A DNA stretch of 64,000 bases from positions 6,561,534 through 6,625,533 of the forward strand of contig NC_083409.1 of NCBI RefSeq assembly GCF_020745735.1, written 5' to 3'. A program made the position numbers and the translations under genes. Shown here in pieces: positions 1 to 11,071 of the stretch. The notes beneath the pieces were generated by a model, which searched no databases, had not been told where the DNA came from, and saw only the letters and a list, made by a program, of their open reading frames with translations. Numbering within the stretch: the first letter of the stretch is position 1; each line of letters opens with the position of its first letter. The stretch is from Hemiscyllium ocellatum (taxonomy: Eukaryota).

Positions 1-485
1 GTATATTCAATAGCACTATCATCAAGAGGGGAAGCGATGAAGGGCAGGAGGTCAGTGAGTATGCTCTCGGGGTCTGAAGGCTCTGCTGTCAATGGTGGGA
101 TGGAGGAAGCAACAATTGACAGGAGACCAGAGACAGAAGATGGAAGGGGGAGGGAGGGAATGTGAGTCTGCAGCAGGACAAAGAGTGAGGGAGGAGGGAG
201 GCCGTGGAGGCAATTGGCGGGCAGTGAGGTCAGATGTCATTCTGGAATTAAATATGAGTAAGACAGGGAAGGGACTACTCCATATCAGACAAGTTAGGGT
301 TTCTGGATTCAGGGAGCTGGGAGAGGACATTGGAATCATAGAGTAGAAAATGGGATGAGTAGGAATTAGGGTTTCTATGGTCAAGGGGCTGATGTCGTCC
401 AGAGTCGGACAATGTCGTTGAGATTGAAATAAGAAGCCTACGTGATAGGGAGGATGTGGAGTTTGCAGCTTAGGTAATGGGCAGT
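1..485 (-). mobile_element. Degenerate L2/CR1-clade LINE 3' remnant
   Basis: Minus-strand frameshifted fragments ASYFNLNDIVRL, ETLI and HPTIDSRAFR resemble the L2-type ORF2 C-terminus (AYFHLRNIARL..ETLIHAF..STIGGRAFS). Confidence 0.55.
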
Positions 486-489
486 CCAT

Positions 490-625
490 TGCGAAGGAAG
501 CCCTTGTTTATTGGTCTCTTCTGGAGCATTCAGTGGGAAGGAGGCCCATGTTTAATGGTGTATATTGGAGGTTCCAGTGAGAATCAGGCCCATGTTTACT
601 GGTCCTGTGGGACGGTGGCCCATGT
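490..625. repeat. ~40-45 bp minisatellite, left part (GGAGGCCCATGTTTACTGGTCTC..CCAGTG-like unit)
   Basis: 3-4 degenerate units; the same unit resumes at about 1880-2102. Confidence 0.7.
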
Positions 626-629
626 ATAC

Positions 630-1870
630 ATCATCAAAGAGTCATAGTTGCTTACAGTATGGCATCAGGCCCTTCAGCTCAACTCATCCATGCTGACCAA
701 GTTTCCAAAACTGAATTCATCCCATTTGCCTATGTTTGGCCCAAATATCTCTAAATCCTTCCTATCCATGTTCCTGTAAAAGTGTCCTTGAAATGTAGTA
801 ATTATACTCGCTGCTACCACTTCCTCTGGCAGCTCATTATACATACGCACCAACCTCTGTGTGAAGAAGGTTGTCTCTCAGTTCCCTTCTAATTCTTCCC
901 CCTCTCAACTTAAACCTTTCCTTCTAGTACTGGGCTCTCCTACCCTGGGGAAAATACTTTGACTATTCACCTTATCTATGACCCTCATGATTCTATAAAC
1001 CTCTATAAGATCACCCCTCAATCTCCTGCATTCCCTGGAAAAACATTTCAGCCTATCCATCCTTGCCTTACAACTCAAACCGTCCAATCTTGGGAACATC
1101 CCTGTTAATCTTTCTTTTATCCAAACTAGTGTAATAGCTTCCTTCCTATAGCAGGGTGATCAGAAATTTACACAGTGATCAAATGTGACCCTCCCAATGT
1201 CTTGTGCAGCTGTAACATGATGTCCCAGCTCCTGTACTCCCCGTTTTGACCAGTGAAGGTGCGTATGTCAAATACCTTCTTCATCATCATGTCTCCCTGT
1301 AACACCACTTTCAATGAACTATGTACCTGCACCCCTCAGTCTCTCTGTTCAACAACACTCTCCATGGCTCTACCATTAATTGTGTAATTCCTGCCCTGGT
1401 TTATCTTACCAAAATGTAATTCCTTGCATTTGTTGAAATTAAACTCCATCTGGATTTGTTGACCCACTGGCCCAGTTGATCAAGATGACATTGCGCTCTT
1501 GCATACCCTTCCTCCCTGTTCACTATGACAATTTTAATGTCAGCCACAAACTTACTGACCATTCCTCCTATTTTCTCATCCAAATTGTTCACACAAACGA
1601 TGAACAACAATGGATCCAGGATCGATTCTTGTCGCAGATGGCTGGTCACTGGCCTCCAGTCTGAAGAACAACTGTCTCTCTCCAGCATTTGCCTCCTATC
1701 ATCAGGCCAATTTTATATCCAATTGGCGAGCTCTCCCTGGATCGTATGTGATATAATCTTACTCAGCAGTCTACCATAGGGAACTTTATATAAGCCTTGC
1801 TAAAGCCCATGTAGACGGTGTGTACTGCTCTACCTTGATCTATCTTATTGATTAATTCTTCAAAAACTGC
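630..1870 (-). mobile_element. CR1 (HER1-like) LINE, RT to 3' end, decayed
   Basis: ORFs 905-1099 (RRLRGDLIEVYRIM) and 1401-1688 (WRPVTS..LDPLLF..KF), plus VYMGFSKAYKVPYGRL near 1800, are CR1 ORF2 motifs. Confidence 0.9.
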
Positions 1871-1879
1871 TCATCTCCA

Positions 1880-2102
1880 TTGGAAACTCCAGTGAAGAGG
1901 AGGCCGATGTTTATTGGTCTCTTTTGGATGATCCAGTCGGAAGGAGGCCCATGTTTACCGGTCTCCTTTAGAGAGTCCAGTCAGACGGAGGTCAATGTTT
2001 ACTGGTCTCTACAGGGAGCTTTAGTGTGAAGGAGGCCCATGTCTCTCTCAATCCCGTGAACTGAAGTTCATGTTTACTGGACTCTGTTGGAGAGTCCAGT
2101 GC
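1880..2102. repeat. Minisatellite, right part
   Basis: About 5 degenerate copies of the unit seen at 490-625. Confidence 0.7.
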
Positions 2103-2559
2103 TTCATGGATATCATGGTTGGTGTGTGGTCCAGTTCCTTTCTGTTGTAATTGTGTGATGGTCCAACCCAAATCTCAGTGAAACACCCTGACTCAGAGAC
2201 TGATCATGGAAGGGGAAGGACAGGGGAAAGGATTAGAACATGTTGTGAATGGACAGGCTGGGTCATTGGGTCAGAGCCTGTCCTGTCTCTCCAGCTCACA
2301 CTGGTGGTCTGAGGATTTCCTCTCTCTGCTGGGCCTTGATGGAATGAGGTTTGTGTCCAAACCAATCCCCAGTGAGAATAGGCTAACAGCACAAAATTGC
2401 CCTTCATTTAACAAGAATCTGTCCGTTTTCCTGAGAGAGGTCAAACCCTGGTCAATGTGAGAAATAGGGCTTCTGGCGTCAAGTGTTAACATCCATTAGT
2501 CGGGTAGAGCAGAGGGAGATTTATCCTGCATTCAACTGTCACCACCTGGGACACTGTGA

Positions 2560-2819
2560 GTAAGAGAGAGAAGCGAGACAGAGAGAGAGAAAGATAGAGC
2601 GAGAGTGTCTGTGTGTGTGTGATAGAGGGAGGAACATCTGAGACAGTGTGAGATATGTGAGGGGAACAAGAGAGAGGTAGAAGGAGGTAGAAATGGTAAG
2701 GTTGAAGGATAGAAACAAGATGTGACTGAGAGGGATGGAGTGAGGGAAAGAGGAAAGGTGGGTGTGAGACCAAGAATGAAGGGAATCGGGAGAGAGAGTA
2801 TAGGTTTGAATGTGTGTGT

Positions 2820-2868
<49 letters not shown>

Positions 2869-3240
2869 GTATGGTTATAGACAGAATGGCAGAGAGGGAG
2901 GGAGAGAGACTGTAGATTGGGATGCAGAGAGAGGAAGAGAGACAAAGGGAGGAATAGAGAGGGGCAGATAACATTTGGAGTCTTTCAATTGAAGCGGGTG
3001 ATAGAGACAGAGACAGCTGGAGAAATAGAGGTTATCCGGCGGAATGAGGAAGCGTGAGTGAGTTGGAGAGAATGGCTATGAGACAGAGTGTGTGTGTGTG
3101 TGTGAGAGAGAGAGAGACAGAGAGAGAGAGAGAATATGAAAGAGATTAACAGTGGGAGAAAGAGACAGTAGTGAAGAGAAAGAAGTGGAAGATGTGAGTC
3201 AGAAAGGGAAATAGAGAGAGAGAGAGAGAGAGAGAGAGAG
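2560..3240. repeat. (GA)n/(GT)n microsatellite-rich tract
   Basis: Pure (GA)n near 2824-2865 and 3214-3240, with (GT)n runs. Explains the low-complexity SL-rich ORFs. Confidence 0.95.
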
Positions 3241-4180
3241 GTGGACAGGTCCTGGTCGCCACATTCTGGGAACGATGTGATTTTACTTGAGAGGGTGCAA
3301 AGAGTTCCCAGGATGCTGTGAGGAAAGATTGGAAAAATTGGGGTTGTTTTCCCTGGACCGGTGATGTTTGAGAGGGGACCTGATAGAGGGAGATAAGAAT
3401 ATTTGGGCGAGTGATAGGGTGGGTAGGAAGGCACTTTTTACAAGAGTAAGGGACTCAATAACCAGGAACAGAGATTGAAGTTAACACAAACATGGACACT
3501 TAGAAACTCAGAGCAGGAGAAGGCCATTCGGCCCTTTGCGTCTGCTCTGTCATTCAGTATGATAATGGCTGACCCTCCATTTCACAGCCATATTCTTTTT
3601 TTTTCTCCATTCCCTTCATGCTGTTAAAATGCAAAACAATTATCTCTCTCTTTTTCTTGAATATCCTCCGTTCCTTGTCATCCAAAGCTGCCTGTGATAG
3701 AGAATTCAATAGATTGACCACCCTTTGAGTGAAGAAATGTTTCCTTGTCTCAGCCCTAAATGGTCTACCCCATATCCCCCAAGATTGTGTCCCTGGGTCC
3801 AGACTCCCCAACCAGAGGATACTTCCTCCCTGCCCAGTCCTGTTAGAATTTTACATATTTCAATCAGATCCCCTCTCATTGTTCTGAACTCGAGTGAGTC
3901 CAGGCCCAGTCGAGTTGGAGAGTGAGAGGAGAGTTGAGGAGAAATGTTCTCACCCAGAGGGTGGTGAGAGTCTGGAACTCACTGCCTGAAAGGCTGGTTG
4001 AGTTTCAAACTCTCGTCACATTGGAGCAGTGTTTAGATAATCCCTTATGTTTCTGTAGCTTCCGGGTAACGGGCCAAGAGCTGGAGGATGGGATTAGTGT
4101 CATCAGATCGCTGTTGACCAGTACAGATGCAATGGGCCAAATGGACTCATTCAGTGCTGTTCACATCACTGACTCTCTGA
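3241..4180 (+). mobile_element. CR1 3' fragment (+) split by a nested CR1 3' fragment (-, about 3484-3921)
   Basis: The + fragment breaks near 3483 and resumes at 3922 (GELRRNVLTQRVVRVWNSLP); the insert reads KHFFTQRVVNLLNSL on the minus strand. Confidence 0.85.
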
Positions 4181-4312
4181 TACCCAGACAGAGAGACGCA
4201 GACAGACAGAGAGAGAGAAAAGAGGAAGTGTGAGGGGCTGACGTGGCTCTCTCTACCTGATGCTACTTACATACTGAGGATCACCCAGTCAGACTCTCAC
4301 AGGCTGCAGCTT

Positions 4313-4318
4313 TATAAA
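4313..4318 (+). promoter_or_regulatory. TATA box of the V-kappa promoter
   Basis: TATAAA about 60 bp upstream of the leader ATG. Confidence 0.6.
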
Positions 4319-4378
4319 GCAGACCCCAGTGAAGGGAGAGTTTATCAGGAACCAGGCACAGGAACAAGAGCACACACC

Positions 4379-4427
4379 ATGATTTCACACATGCAGCTGA
4401 TCTGGCCCCTGCCATTCTGTGTCGCAG
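4379..4427 (+). pseudogene. IGKV: Ig kappa leader exon (MISHMQLIWPLPFCVA-G)
   Basis: ATG at 4379 and phase-1 GT donor at 4428. Splices in frame to 4614 to give ..[14 protein letters not shown], like shark kappa leaders. Confidence 0.9.
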
Positions 4428-4613
4428 GTACAAATCTCTTTCTTTCCACCTTGAATCTTTAGCTGCTCTCCATTTCATTCCAATTCCACTGACTTGTGAT
4501 TGAATGGAAAATACTGAAAACAGAGGAATGCTCAGTGTCTCCAACAATCTCTCATTTGACAGGCACTTTCTGTGACAGTTCTGACTTCACTGTGTTTCTC
4601 TCTGACCCCTCAG

Positions 4614-4910
4614 GTATCAGTGGGGACATCATCATGACTCAGTCTCCCCTGGTGCTGTCAGCGGCACTGGGCCAGACCGCAACCATCACCTGTACGGCCA
4701 GTCAAAGCATTAGCAACTATCTTGCTTGGTACCAGCAGAGAGAAGGTCAGAAACCCTCTCTCCTGATCTATGCTGCAACAAATCGATTCACATGAGTCTC
4801 CAAGTGATTCACCGGCTGTGGATCAGGGAGCAGTTTCACCCTGACAATAAGCAACGTTCAGAATGAGGATGTCGCTGACTATTACTGTCAGCAACGTAAC
4901 AGCTCCCCCA
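4614..4910 (+). pseudogene. IGKV: Ig kappa V exon, pseudogene
   Basis: Reads [63 protein letters not shown], with TGA at 4793-4795 and 4805-4807. Confidence 0.97.
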
Positions 4911-4938
4911 CAGAGTGATGCAGAGCCGTACAAAAACC
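4911..4938 (+). promoter_or_regulatory. 12-bp-spacer RSS of V, heptamer mutated
   Basis: CAGAGTG + 12 nt + perfect ACAAAAACC (4930-4938); the third base of CAC is changed. Confidence 0.9.
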
Positions 4939-5345
4939 TTAAAGCACACAGAATCACCTCCTGTATTGACACATCCACAGGTGTATAAAATGCATAATAA
5001 TGGACACACAATCCCACCGCCTGAACTGACATATCCCACAGTTAGATCTAAATGAAACTAAACACATTACCCAATGCTGGAATTGTCAGTGTTCCCTACA
5101 CACTCCAGTCCCTGTGGTGTCCACCGCTCACTGTAGGTCTCAGGTTTCCCCCTTACACTCCATGGCCACATGTGAAGAGCAGCTGAAAGATTTAACAACA
5201 AAAAATAAAGTTCACAACCCAGAAGCAGAGACAGAAAGACACATGAATGAGGGAGAGACTGATAGGGGCACAAAGAGGGTGAGAGTGACCGACAGACTGG
5301 GAAATAGGGAGAGGGTGAGAGTGACCGTGGGAAGCAGAGAGCTGA

Positions 5346-5384
5346 GGTTTTTGTACAGCCTCTGCACTGGGAGCTCTCACTGCG
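5346..5384 (-). promoter_or_regulatory. 23-bp-spacer RSS of J, heptamer mutated
   Basis: GGTTTTTGT (5346-5354) + 23 nt + CACTGCG, which reads CGCAGTG from the coding end. Confidence 0.9.
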
Positions 5385-5419
5385 GCTTACGTTTGGTAAC
5401 GGAACCAAACTCAGACTGA
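5385..5419 (+). pseudogene. IGKJ: Ig kappa J segment (LTFGNGTKLRL) of the dead cluster
   Basis: FGxG motif and a phase-1 GTAAGT donor at 5420; about 400 bp from the V RSS. Confidence 0.93.
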
Positions 5420-5787
5420 GTAAGTAAACCTCAATCCTCCGTTATTAACCCTTTCAATACTGAAACTTTCTAAATCACAAATGCTGAATTGATGCAGGTG
5501 TCAGTGGGGAGCTGCAGATATGAAATGGTTGATTGAGAATCATTGTGTCTAACAGGGTGGCCAGCTGTATTTCTTTAGGTCCATTGCCTCCTTTAAGCAG
5601 CAAGGTATAAGTCAGTCAGTTTTACTCACTGTGTGGAGAAGCTCTGTCCATTTGCAGCCTGTGGTCTCATTCCTGCGGCATGCAGTGAAATTAGTGAGTA
5701 GCCTCCTGCCAATCTCAGTGTTACGGACACGGGCAGGGTTTGATGTGAGCTCTGGCTCCCTGTCCCAGTCTCTGATCTTACTGACCT

Positions 5788-5820
<33 letters not shown>
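5788..5820. repeat. (CAG)11 microsatellite
   Basis: Direct count. Confidence 0.97.
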
Positions 5821-5822
<2 letters not shown>

Positions 5823-5874
5823 CAGTGAGACACCAAGCTCCCACCTCCCCCAGCTTTAACTCTGCTCAATCACA

Positions 5875-6330
5875 CAATTGCAGAATTGTTACATTGCACA
5901 AGGAGGCCATTCTACCCATCCTGTATGGACCAGCTCTCTAAATGAGCAATTGACTGAGTGTCATTCTCCTGCCTTCTCCCTTTCACCCTGCACATTGTCA
6001 CTTTTCAAATAACAGCCTCATTCCTTTCGGAATGTTTCAATTGAAGCTGCCTCCACCACACTCTCAGGCAGTGCATTCCACACCTTAACCACTCACTGGC
6101 TGAAAATGTTTTTCCTTCATCTCACTTTTGCTTCTTTTACCAATTATTTTCAATCCATGGCCTCTCCCCCTCAATTCTTTCTCAGGTGGGAACATTTTCT
6201 CCTGGTTCACTCTGTTCAGACCCTCCTGATTTTGAATTTCTCGATCAAATCTCCTCTCTGCCTTCTCTTCTCTGAGGAAGACAGTCCCAACTTCTTTAGT
6301 CTATCTTCATAGCTAACATCCCTCATCCTC
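5875..6330 (-). mobile_element. CR1 3' end fragment
   Basis: Reverse complement of the CR1 tail (..QRVVKVWNALP..). Confidence 0.75.
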
Positions 6331-6589
6331 GATGGGTCAGTTAGCCCATTCCTGTTCCTGGTTCTAACATTCTTATTATCTTATGTTTCTACGTGAGAGA
6401 CACACATCAAATTTTCACTTAGCACTCTGTGGCTGTACCTTCCCAGTCTTATTCCCAACACTCCGTGCAGTCCCATGCTTACACAGTGACCCTGATTTAG
6501 AATTTATTACTCTCTCTCCCTCACTCTGAAGCTGGGTAAGAAGTGCTATTCCTTATTTTGGTGTTGTCTATCTCTCCCAGGATTCTGTG

Positions 6590-7560
6590 CACCTCTGTGT
6601 TCCTCTCTGGTATGGCCTCCTGGATCCCACAGCCCAGCCAAGATAGTTTAAACCTTCTCCAACAGCACTAGCAAATCACCTCAAAGGAGCTCAGTCCCAG
6701 ATCTGTTCAGGAGCAATCCATCTGGTCTGTATATGTCCATCTACCCCCAAAGCCAGTCCCAATGTTAAAATAATCTAAAGCCCTTCCTCCTGGACTGTCT
6801 TTTCAGTTCCACCGTCACCTGTGCTATCCTCCCCTTTCTATTCTCAGTTGCGTAGTGCACTGGGGGCAATCTTGGAGATTCCTACTTTTGAGCTCCTGTT
6901 GCTAATTCCCTCTGGAACTCCCTAAATTATGACTGGAGGACCACATCCCTTTTCTCCCTCTCTCACTGGGACCGATGTGGACCACCACTGCTGCCTGTTC
7001 CCCTTCTCGCCTCAGGATGCTCTGCAGCTACTCAGTGACATCCTTGACACTGGCACCAGGGAGACAACACGCCATCCTTGATTCCCATCTGCAGCTGCGG
7101 AAACACCTATGGATTGTCCTTATGCTCGAATCTTCTCTCACTATCGCTCTTCCAGTCATCCTTGTGCCCCACACCACACCACCCCGTACAGCTGAGCCCC
7201 TCCCCCACTATGGTGTTAGGGACTTGGCTCATTCTCATCAGGATTCCAAACTGAATCCTGGTTGGAGAGTGGGAAGCACTCAGGGGATTCCTGTACTAGC
7301 TGCCTGATCCTTTTGGACTGTCTGCTGCTTCCCTATTCCCTCTCTCCCTGCATACTCTGAAACTGCAGAGTGACCACATCTAGAATCGTGCTCTCCACGG
7401 AGCTCTCAGCCTCACGGACGCTCCACACAGACATCAGCTGCTGCTCAAGCTCCAAAACCCGGAGTTGCATCTACTGCCACTGACCATACTTCCTGTGCTC
7501 ATGGTATTCCAGGAAGCAGGACAAGCAGTTCCCTCATGCAGCCTGATGCTCACTCTCACC
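6590..7560 (-). mobile_element. CR1 ORF1 remnant (SGNH esterase-type with upstream coiled-coil region)
   Basis: Minus strand reads QAAVVVHIG..GRKGDVVLQS and LRVLELEQQL..VREAESSVEST; same family as ORF 46051-46446. Confidence 0.7.
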
Positions 7561-7636
7561 ACTCCCTGATTATCTTTTGTCAAAGTTCGTTTGAGAAACA
7601 GCACCAGCAAGACTCACAATCCAGTACTTTCAATGT

Positions 7637-7980
7637 CCATAGAATGACATAATTCCTACAGTATGGAAACAGGCCATTTGGTCCAACAAGTCCACGCTGA
7701 CCCTCCGAACAGTAACCCACCCAGACCCATTTCCCTACCTTTTTGACTTACATTTACTCCTGACTAATGCACCAAACCTACACTATGGGCAATTTAACAT
7801 GGCCAATTCACCGAACCTGCACAGTTTTGGACTGTGGGAGGAAACCAGAGCACCCAGAGGAAACCCACGCAAGCACAGGGAGAACCCAACTCCACACAGA
7901 CATTCACCCGAGGCTAGAATCAAACCTGGGTCCATATCGGTGTAAGGCACAGAGCTAACCACTAAGTGACCGTACTTCCA
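7637..7980 (-). mobile_element. HE1-type tRNA-derived SINE
   Basis: tRNA-like head with A/B boxes near 7920-7975 on the minus strand, conserved core, and CR1-derived tail. Confidence 0.85.
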
Positions 7981-8009
7981 CTTTTGCAGGGTTTCAAGGA
8001 ACTTCTACA

Positions 8010-8870
8010 TAAACCCAAAATACTTAAGATATAGGAGCAGAACTGGGCCAGTCAGAATAGAGTCCGCTCTGCCATTTGACCTTGTGTGATGTGTTTCTCA
8101 ACCCCATTCTCCTTTTAACTTTTGATCTCCTTACAGATCAAGAACCTATCTGTCTCTCTTTTAAATACTCTCAACACCGGGGCCTCCATAGACCTCTGTG
8201 ACAATGAATTTCGCAGATTCACCACACTGTGGCTGATGAAATGCCTCCTTATCTCAGTTCTGACGAATCATTCTTCACTCTGAGGCTGTGCCTTCGGGTC
8301 CTAGTTTCTTCTAATCGTGGAAACACCTTCGCCACGTTCTCCAGGCCTCTCAACATTCTGTAGTTTCAAGAAGATTCCCCCATCATCTTTCTAAACACAA
8401 TTGCATACAGATCCAGAATCCACAACCACTCTTTATATGACACCCCTTTATTCCCAGGATCATTCTGATTCTTTCTGTCTTTTTCCTCTGGACCCTCTCC
8501 AATGACATCCGTCCTAATAAGGAGACCAAAATTCCAAATGTGGTCTGATTACAGATGATACAAACTCAGCAGTACACCTCTGACATTAAAGTTAATGCTA
8601 ACATTGTAACTGCCTTTCAAACTGCCAATGGTGAACCTGCATGTTAACCTTCAGAGAAACCTGAGCAAGGACTCCCAATTTTCGTTGTGCTTCAGATTTC
8701 TGAAATCTTTCCTCACTTAGCAAACAGTCTACACCAAAGTATCTAGCCTCACAAGTTCCCACATTGTACTCAACCTGCCACTTCTTTGCACATTCTCCCA
8801 GCCTGACTAATTCCTTCTGTAATCTCTTTTCACCAATTTTTGTGTCATCTACAAACTTATCTACAATATC
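8010..8870 (-). mobile_element. CR1 3' fragment, decayed
   Basis: Reverse complement of CR1 ORF2 3' region and tail. Confidence 0.75.
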
Positions 8871-9550
8871 TTGGTGAATGATAGGGCCTTAAGGAATATA
8901 GTGGAACAGAGGGACCTTAGAATTCAGGTAAGCAGTTCTCTGAAGATGGTGTCACAGGTAGATAGGGCAGAGAAGAGAGCTTTTTCTGCAGTGCCCTTTA
9001 TCAGTCAGGGCATTGACTACAGACGTTGGGAAGTTATGTTGCAGTTATACAGGACATTGGTGAAGCCACACTTGGAATATTGTGTTCAGTTTTGCTCACC
9101 TTGTTACAGGAAGGATGTTATAAAACTGGAAAGAGTGCAGAAGAAATTTCAAGGACTCTCCAGGATTCAATGGTTTGGGTTAAAGGGAGAGTACTTTTTT
9201 TCTTTAGAGTGTGGGAGACTGAGGCACGGATAGGGTGACTTCACTCAGTCTTTTCCCGACGGTTTGCGAATATCAACTAGAGCGCATCAGCTTAAGGTTA
9301 GAGGGGAAAGAATAAAAGGGAACCTGAGGGGCAACCTTTTCACAAATAGGATTGTTCGTATATGGAATGAGATGCCAGTGGAAGTGGTTGAGGCGGGTAC
9401 ATTAATAACATTTAAAAGGCATTCGGACAAATACAGCAAAGAAAAGGACTCAGAAGGATATTGGCCAAGTGCAGGATTAGCGTGAATGGACATTTTGGTT
9501 GGCATGGACCAGTTTGGTCCAAATGGCCAGTCTCCATGCTGTCGGACTCT
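8871..9550 (+). mobile_element. CR1 3' fragment
   Basis: ORFs 8871-9233 (LYRTLVKPHLEYCVQF) and 9264-9485 (NLRGNLFTNRIVRIWNEMP). Confidence 0.9.
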
Positions 9551-9557
9551 GTGGCAT

Positions 9558-10175
9558 TGTTATGGACCAGGCCAGACCCTTCGAAACATTTTAAGAATGC
9601 AGACCAGACCTTACCTTTTCGAATTGTGTTAAGCAAATGTAACCTGGATATTCCAAGATTGATACAACTGGTCAAACCACTCAGCTTGAAGGAAAAGAGA
9701 ATTTATTTACAAACCATCAAAAGAAAACAGAATTTAGAATAACTTAACGATTTGAAAACCCAACTGACGAGAAAATGCAACTTGACAAAGTGCTGTTGCA
9801 ATTTGCTGCAACTTCTTTGTTAAAAAAGTAAATATATGCACAAAGGTTCTCACAGGAGAGGAATTTCAGACAGTGAGCACACTGGAAAATGTTGAATTGG
9901 GGAACCATTCCCACCAACAGCTTTCTTTATCCAGGAGCTTCCAACCGACTGTTTGTCAAAAACAGCAAACTGGAAGAACTGGCCATTCTCCTTTTATTGG
10001 ACAAGTATTTAATATAAAACCTAAAAGCCTTTTCCCTGACTGTTGCATTAGGCTGTATCTGTTAGCCATGAGCAAAGTCCCTAACCCAGACAAATTGGAA
10101 CCGCTGCCTGTTCAACCCCTGTTGAAAAAAAATCCAAGGATAACTTAACCTTGTGAAATGAGCAGCATTGTCACA
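9558..10175. mobile_element. Putative solo LTR (~620 bp)
   Basis: Starts TGTTATGGACCAGG and ends TGTCACA (TG..CA), non-coding, wedged between two CR1 fragments. No matching TSD seen. Confidence 0.45.
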
Positions 10176-10851
10176 CCACTGTGAAAGCTGATCTAACGCA
10201 CCGATGCACTTCTTCCACCATTTCTTTGTTCCCCATTAGCCTTCCTGCCTTTCCCAGTGGTACAATTTCTATTATTGACTCCCACGTGCCTTTCATATAT
10301 CTAAAGAAAATCTCTTGCAATTTTTTTATGTTGCTAGCTCAAATACCATTATATTTTATTTACATGCCCACCCTTACTTTTTTTTTTAGTTGCTCTCTGC
10401 TGTTTTTTAAAGGCTTCCCAATCCTCTGGCTTCCCAATAATCTTCAACGCATTGCATGTTTTTTTCTTTTGCTTTTATGCTGACCCTGACTTCCCTCAGC
10501 AACCATGGTTGCCTTGGCCTCCACTCATCACCTTTCTTCTTCCTTGGGTAGAATTCCTGCTCTGCCTCCCAAATTACCTCCAGAAACTCCAGCCATTGCT
10601 GCTCCATTCTCTCTTATGCTGAGTTTACCTACTTACCAACTCTGGCCAGCTCCTCCCTCATGTCTTTGTAGTTACCTTAAGTTAATTGCATTACCGGTAC
10701 ATCTGACTCCAGATTCTCTGTCACAAACTGCAGGGTGAATTCTGTCATATTATGGGCAATGTCCCCATGGGATTCCTTCACCCTAAGTTCCCTAAATCAG
10801 GACTGCTTCAATACACATCACCCAATCCAGAATTGACTATTCCATGGTGAT

Positions 10852-11071
10852 GATCGAGTAAAAAGTGACGTCTGCAGATGCTGGAGATCATAGCCGAAAA
10901 TGTGTTGCTGGTCAAAGCACAGCAGGTCAGGCAGCATTCAAGGAACAGGAAATTCGACGTTTCGGGTCAGGGCCCTTCATTCCTGATGACGGGCTGTGGC
11001 CCGAAACGGGAATTTCCTGTTCCTTGGATGCTGCCTGACCTGCTGTGCTTTGACCAGCAACACATTTTCAG
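10852..11071. mobile_element. Penelope-derived hairpin insertion with a 15-bp flanking direct repeat
   Basis: ~88-bp inverted arms (about 10893-10981 and 10983-11072); CTATTCCATGGTGAT at 10837-10851 and 11072-11086. Confidence 0.85.
10983..11007 (+). ncRNA. Minimal hammerhead ribozyme core, cleavage-site stem eroded
   Basis: CTGATGA-C-GGGC-TGTG-GCCC-GAAAC; the expected GTC after GAAAC is missing in this arm. Confidence 0.6.

Noticed and set aside
2486-3434. Long 137-162 aa ORFs
   Set aside because: They come from GA/GT microsatellites that lack stop codons.
4265-4272. ACTTACAT as a degenerate V promoter octamer
   Set aside because: Two mismatches to ATTTGCAT; cannot be judged without a functional paralog.
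5478-5567. E-box cluster after J as an intronic enhancer
   Set aside because: Six-base motifs are too frequent and no NF-kB site was seen.
5626-5844. Signal-peptide-like minus ORF MGAWCLTVLLLLLLLLLLL
   Set aside because: The poly-Leu is just the (CAG)11 repeat, the start codon is GTG, and there is no downstream exon support.
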